From an uncultured Gemmatimonadales bacterium (GTDB lineage: Bacteria > Gemmatimonadota > Gemmatimonadetes > Gemmatimonadales > Gemmatimonadaceae), in the NCBI GenBank assembly GCA_963707505.1, contig CAVPQB010000003.1, forward strand, positions 736,001-800,000: DNA of 64,000 bases, written 5' to 3'. A program made the translations under genes and the position numbers. Position 1 is the first letter of the stretch, and the number at the start of each line of letters is the position of its first letter. Below the pieces are notes generated by a model. The model searched no databases. It saw only the letters and a list, made by a program, of their open reading frames with translations, and was not told where the DNA came from. Shown here piece after piece: positions 63,411 through 64,000 of this stretch.

Positions 63411-64000
63411 ATGATTCTCGTTACAGCAATCGCGGCGTTGTTCGTCGCGCCCGTCACTGCCCTACCAGCTCCAGTCACGCCGCCCAGGACTGCACCGGCG
63501 CCGGCTATCACCTATAACGGTCGCGAGCATCAGCTTCGCGTTGCGCCGCCGAGGCTGGCTGGCGACGTCACGATGGACGGCAAGCTGGACGAGCCGCAAT
63601 GGCAACAGGCGGCGCGACTCACCGGCTTCTCGCAATTCGCGCCATCAGATGGTGTGCCCGCAGCTGATTCGACAGAAATCCTGGTGTGGTACTCGCCGAC
63701 TGCGATCTACTTCGGCGTGCGCGCATATGAATCGCACGAGACAGTGCATCCGAATCTTTCTGATCGCGATCACATAGACGCGGAAGATCGAGTCGAGTTT
63801 CTGTTGAGCACCTTCAACGACGGCCGTCAGGCCTTCGTTTTCCAGGTGAATCCGCTCGGCAGCCAGGCCGATGGAACGCTGGTCGAGAGTGGCGCGTCCA
63901 ACAACACGGCCGGCCTCGGCACAAACAACAACACGTCCACGGGTCGCGCGCTTCCCGATCTCAGCGCGAATTTCATCTGGCAATCGCAGGGACGTGTTAC
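63411..64000 (+). CDS. Secreted CBM9-like / DUF5916-type protein, N-terminal part (runs off the window)
   Basis: Manual translation MILVTAIAALF...MDGKLDEPQWQQA...YFGVRAY...TFNDGRQAFVFQVNPLGSQADG. Confidence 0.7.
   Translation, partial: MILVTAIAALFVAPVTALPAPVTPPRTAPAPAITYNGREHQLRVAPPRLAGDVTMDGKLDEPQWQQAARLTGFSQFAPSDGVPAADSTEILVWYSPTAIYFGVRAYESHETVHPNLSDRDHIDAEDRVEFLLSTFNDGRQAFVFQVNPLGSQADGTLVESGASNNTAGLGTNNNTSTGRALPDLSANFIWQSQGRV

Overview
High-GC bacterial chromosomal window. Gene content and protein style suggest Gemmatimonadota, which is an inference. It is mostly housekeeping: a glycosyltransferase/MsbA-like envelope operon headed by a PorX-like REC-PglZ protein; yebC-ruvC-ruvA-(aminotransferase)-ruvB; queA-tgt-yajC-def-fmt; rsmB-rpe-tsaD-lgt; tamA/bamA-like plus tamB; aroB; a short sigma-70 factor; glcDEF; ygfZ; ltaE. 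Three things stand out. (1) A five-gene cryptic pathway at 24247-30108: carrier protein, atypical acyl-CoA dehydrogenase, amino acid:carrier-protein ligase, DUF1839, GH2. (2) An imuA-imuB-dnaE2 mutagenesis cassette split by an oppositely oriented Phd/YefM-VapC toxin-antitoxin module and a REP-derived 15-bp tandem array, with the TA operator lying just upstream of the imuB start. (3) The same 29-bp promoter architecture, TTGnn-TTCGG-N6-TTCGG-nn-TATTyT, upstream of both ruvB and imuA, a candidate lineage-specific SOS box. At least eight genes carry small-indel frameshifts, most likely assembly errors. No rRNA, tRNA, CRISPR array or transposase was recognised.
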